In this document: positions 61,489 through 64,000 of the stretch, piece after piece
Position numbering within the stretch: position 1 is the stretch's first letter
Layout of the letters: the number at the start of each line of letters is the position of its first letter
The notes under the pieces: generated by a model
The model's input: the letters and a program-made list of their open reading frames with translations, nothing else
The model's database searches: none
What the model was told of the DNA's origin: nothing
Assembly: GCF_009914755.1 (NCBI RefSeq)
Contig: NC_060929.1
Source: the human T2T-CHM13v2.0 reference genome, Homo sapiens
Strand: one strand, 5' to 3'
Length of the DNA stretch: 64,000 bases
Made by a program: the position numbers and the translations under genes

Positions 61489-61546
61489 ATGAAACTGTCA
61501 GGCATGTTTCTGCTCCTCTCTCTGGCTCTTTTCTGCTTTTTAACAG
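61489..61546 (+). CDS. SPINK6: SPINK6 first coding exon (signal peptide MKLSGMFLLLSLALFCFLT-G); remaining exons not found in the window
   Basis: Translation matches the SPINK6 N-terminus as I recall it; ACAATGA Kozak; 58 nt, phase 1, donor CAG|GTAAGT. Confidence 0.93.
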
Positions 61547-61709
61547 GTAAGTTTTTTCTTAAAATTAAGATCCCATATTTATACTGAACTGGATATGATG
61601 AGTAGTTGTTTATCATATTTTAAATCCTAATGATTTTGATGTAAAAGACCAATTCTGAGAGATTATCATAATGATGATAATGATTGTGATGACGACAATG
61701 GTTATGGTA

Positions 61710-61935
61710 ATAATTATTAAAATTACTGTGATTTGTTGAGCATATACTATATTCTAGGCATGTACGAAGGGATTTTATGTATTGTCTCTGAGACTCATAA
61801 TAAGGTATTTCTATCTCTGTTCTTCATATAAGAAACTGTGGAACAGAGAAATTGAGAAAATCAGCAAAAGACTTGCAACTAGTAGTTAGAATCTGGAATT
61901 TGAATCAGATTCTCTTGCCATCACATTTAATGTTT
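61710..61935 (-). mobile_element. MIR SINE
   Basis: tttgttgagcatatactat ... aagaaactgtggaacagagaa ... ggaatttgaatcag. Confidence 0.65.
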
Positions 61936-62899
61936 GTTCCATAAAACTAGATTGGAGGATGGATAATTGCATTAAATATTGGTTTTGCTTTCCAGAACAA
62001 AGAAATATTTTCCTCCCCTTAGTTATTATTACAAAGACATTCAAATAATTAAATTAAGACAATGGGGAAATTGGAAACTCAATGAGAAAAATCTTTGAAA
62101 ATATGTAATTGAAACTTAGAATGCAGAAACATATGTTTCTGGTGAGCTAAATAATCTTAGAGAAGGAGAATATCTTTGGACACTTTAGTGAGGTTCAAAG
62201 CACAATCATACTTCAAGGTTATGTTTTTTAAGACAGAACCATCGGAATGAGCAGGTCCATCATAAGCTATTTTCTTCCTTATTATTCTACTCTTTCACGT
62301 TGTAGGGCACAAAGCAAATGCTAGTTTTTAGACCTAAGACCTAGTTTCATCTCTTCTATTAATGGCCTGTGTCACTTAAAGAAATAACATAATTTTCTGA
62401 GATATTTTGTCATTTGTAAAATAATAGAAATAAAACTAAGCCCTGGGACCTTCCATATCTTATGTATCATTTTGTGTGACAGTAGCAGATGAATTTTACT
62501 ACTATGCAAGATTTTAAATGGATGTACAAGTAAAAAAAAAATCAATGAGATTTAGCTGATAGAGAAGCCAGTGTTCACTGTAGCTGGTCATAATTACAAA
62601 AACAAATACACTTAGAAATACAAAAAAAATGGGTAAAGGATTCCTGTGATATTATGGAGTAAGCTTGACTACTAAAGCCAAATAACCTTAATGGGTAGTT
62701 CAATCAGTTGCTGAGATGGCAGAAAAATATATATCTGACTATGTAAAGTTTAGCTGCAAAGATAGTCTCAGAAATCAATTGTTATTTCCTTTTCTTCTCT
62801 TTACAAAGGTGAATTGATCTTTAACAGGATCTGGTTGACTAATACAGTTTACCAAAGCATGGATGCTTCACAGACATACTAGATAGTATTTGGGAGGCC

Positions 62900-63125
62900 A
62901 TAATGCCTAAGGGCCTTAATGCTGAAACAGAGTAAAGTGAATTTTAGCCCTGGCACTTTCATTTTATAGCTTTGTGAACTCTCTGATGTTTATTTCACTT
63001 ATATATAAAATAAACATATAAAGGACTATCTCTGTGTGGAGAATTAAATGAGAAAAAGGCATGTACAATGCTTAACATAGTGGATGGGGTATAGTGCATG
63101 TTTAACAAATGTCTATTAACATTAT
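62900..63125 (+). mobile_element. MIR SINE
   Basis: gaattaaatgagaaaaaggcatgtacaatgcttaacatagt ... acaaatgtctatt. Confidence 0.6.
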
Positions 63126-64000
63126 TGCCATAATAAAGTTTAATAAAAAGAGTACTAAATTGGACTCCGTCATTGTGAATATTAATCCTGTTTTTGCCTT
63201 GCCAATTCCTACGTATGAGACATTAGGCAAATCTCTCCTCTTTTGATGACAGATTTGTACAGTGGAGACTTACTGAAAATTCTAATAATAAAATATCCCT
63301 GGCTATAAAAACCACTTAGAGTCTTTAAAAAATATGGACTGTCCAGGAACTCTCTGGTTTTATATAATAGAATTTTTAAGTGATTGCCCTAAGAATTTGT
63401 CATTTTAATAATCACCCATATTGCTAGTTATAAATCAATAAGGCTGGTAATCACTGCTGAAAAAATGAACAGTAACCTTCTTTCAAATTAAAAAACAACA
63501 GCTTGTTTTCTCCTTATCTTTATTATTAGAGATTGTGCTTTAAGGAATTTCCGGTTGTTATCCCATAAGTGTTGGCCATCATTGGAGATGGATTCCGCTA
63601 ACCCACACTCTCTCTCATTGCAGTGCTCTTGGGCTTATGTGTCAGAGGGATTGGGAAAGGAGTCCCATAGGAATGGCCACACATCAAAACTCAGCAGCCC
63701 ATTCCAAGACTGGATTGAGGGATTTTATTATTTAAGTATTTTAAACCACTGAACTAATTAGTCACACAAACTAAAATTACACATACAATATTAAGAGAAA
63801 GGAAAAGGGAGAGAAACAAGACTATATATATGGGATCTTTTCCCTTTTTAGGAATTTAGAGAGATGTAAAAGGAGAAATAAGTCACAAGAATGAATGAGT
63901 TGTTCCTTACCAGTTTATATTTGGGCCAAGTTTTAAAAGTTGAGCAATTTCAAACTCAAAGAACAAACTACAAGCTTAATCTCTTTCCCAACTGCCTGTG

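Overview
Primate (very probably human) genomic DNA from the SPINK (Kazal-type serine protease inhibitor) cluster. All three Kazal genes lie on the + strand. (1) 6607-11427 is a six-exon, two-domain Kazal inhibitor gene that I do not recognise as a named human gene. It has a signal peptide, an uninterrupted 134-codon frame and all 12 cysteines, and closely resembles the carnivore submandibular-gland double-headed inhibitor (bikazin). One splice donor (GG) and probably one acceptor (TG) are defective, so it looks like a splice-killed unitary pseudogene that may still have a single-domain isoform. (2) SPINK14 (29449-33766) lacks its main Kazal exon on this haplotype, predicting a frameshifted, cysteine-free peptide. 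(3) The first coding exon of SPINK6 is at 61489-61546. The rest is interspersed repeat (L1, Alu, MaLR LTRs, MIR/L2/CR1, DNA transposons). Notable repeat structures are a twin-primed L1PA2, a probable L1 3' transduction with a 17-bp TSD, and a templated inverted/direct duplication in SPINK14 intron 1. The long entries in the ORF track are repeat-derived or spurious. Gene names and family comparisons are from memory, not from a database search; repeat boundaries are approximate unless a TSD is given.
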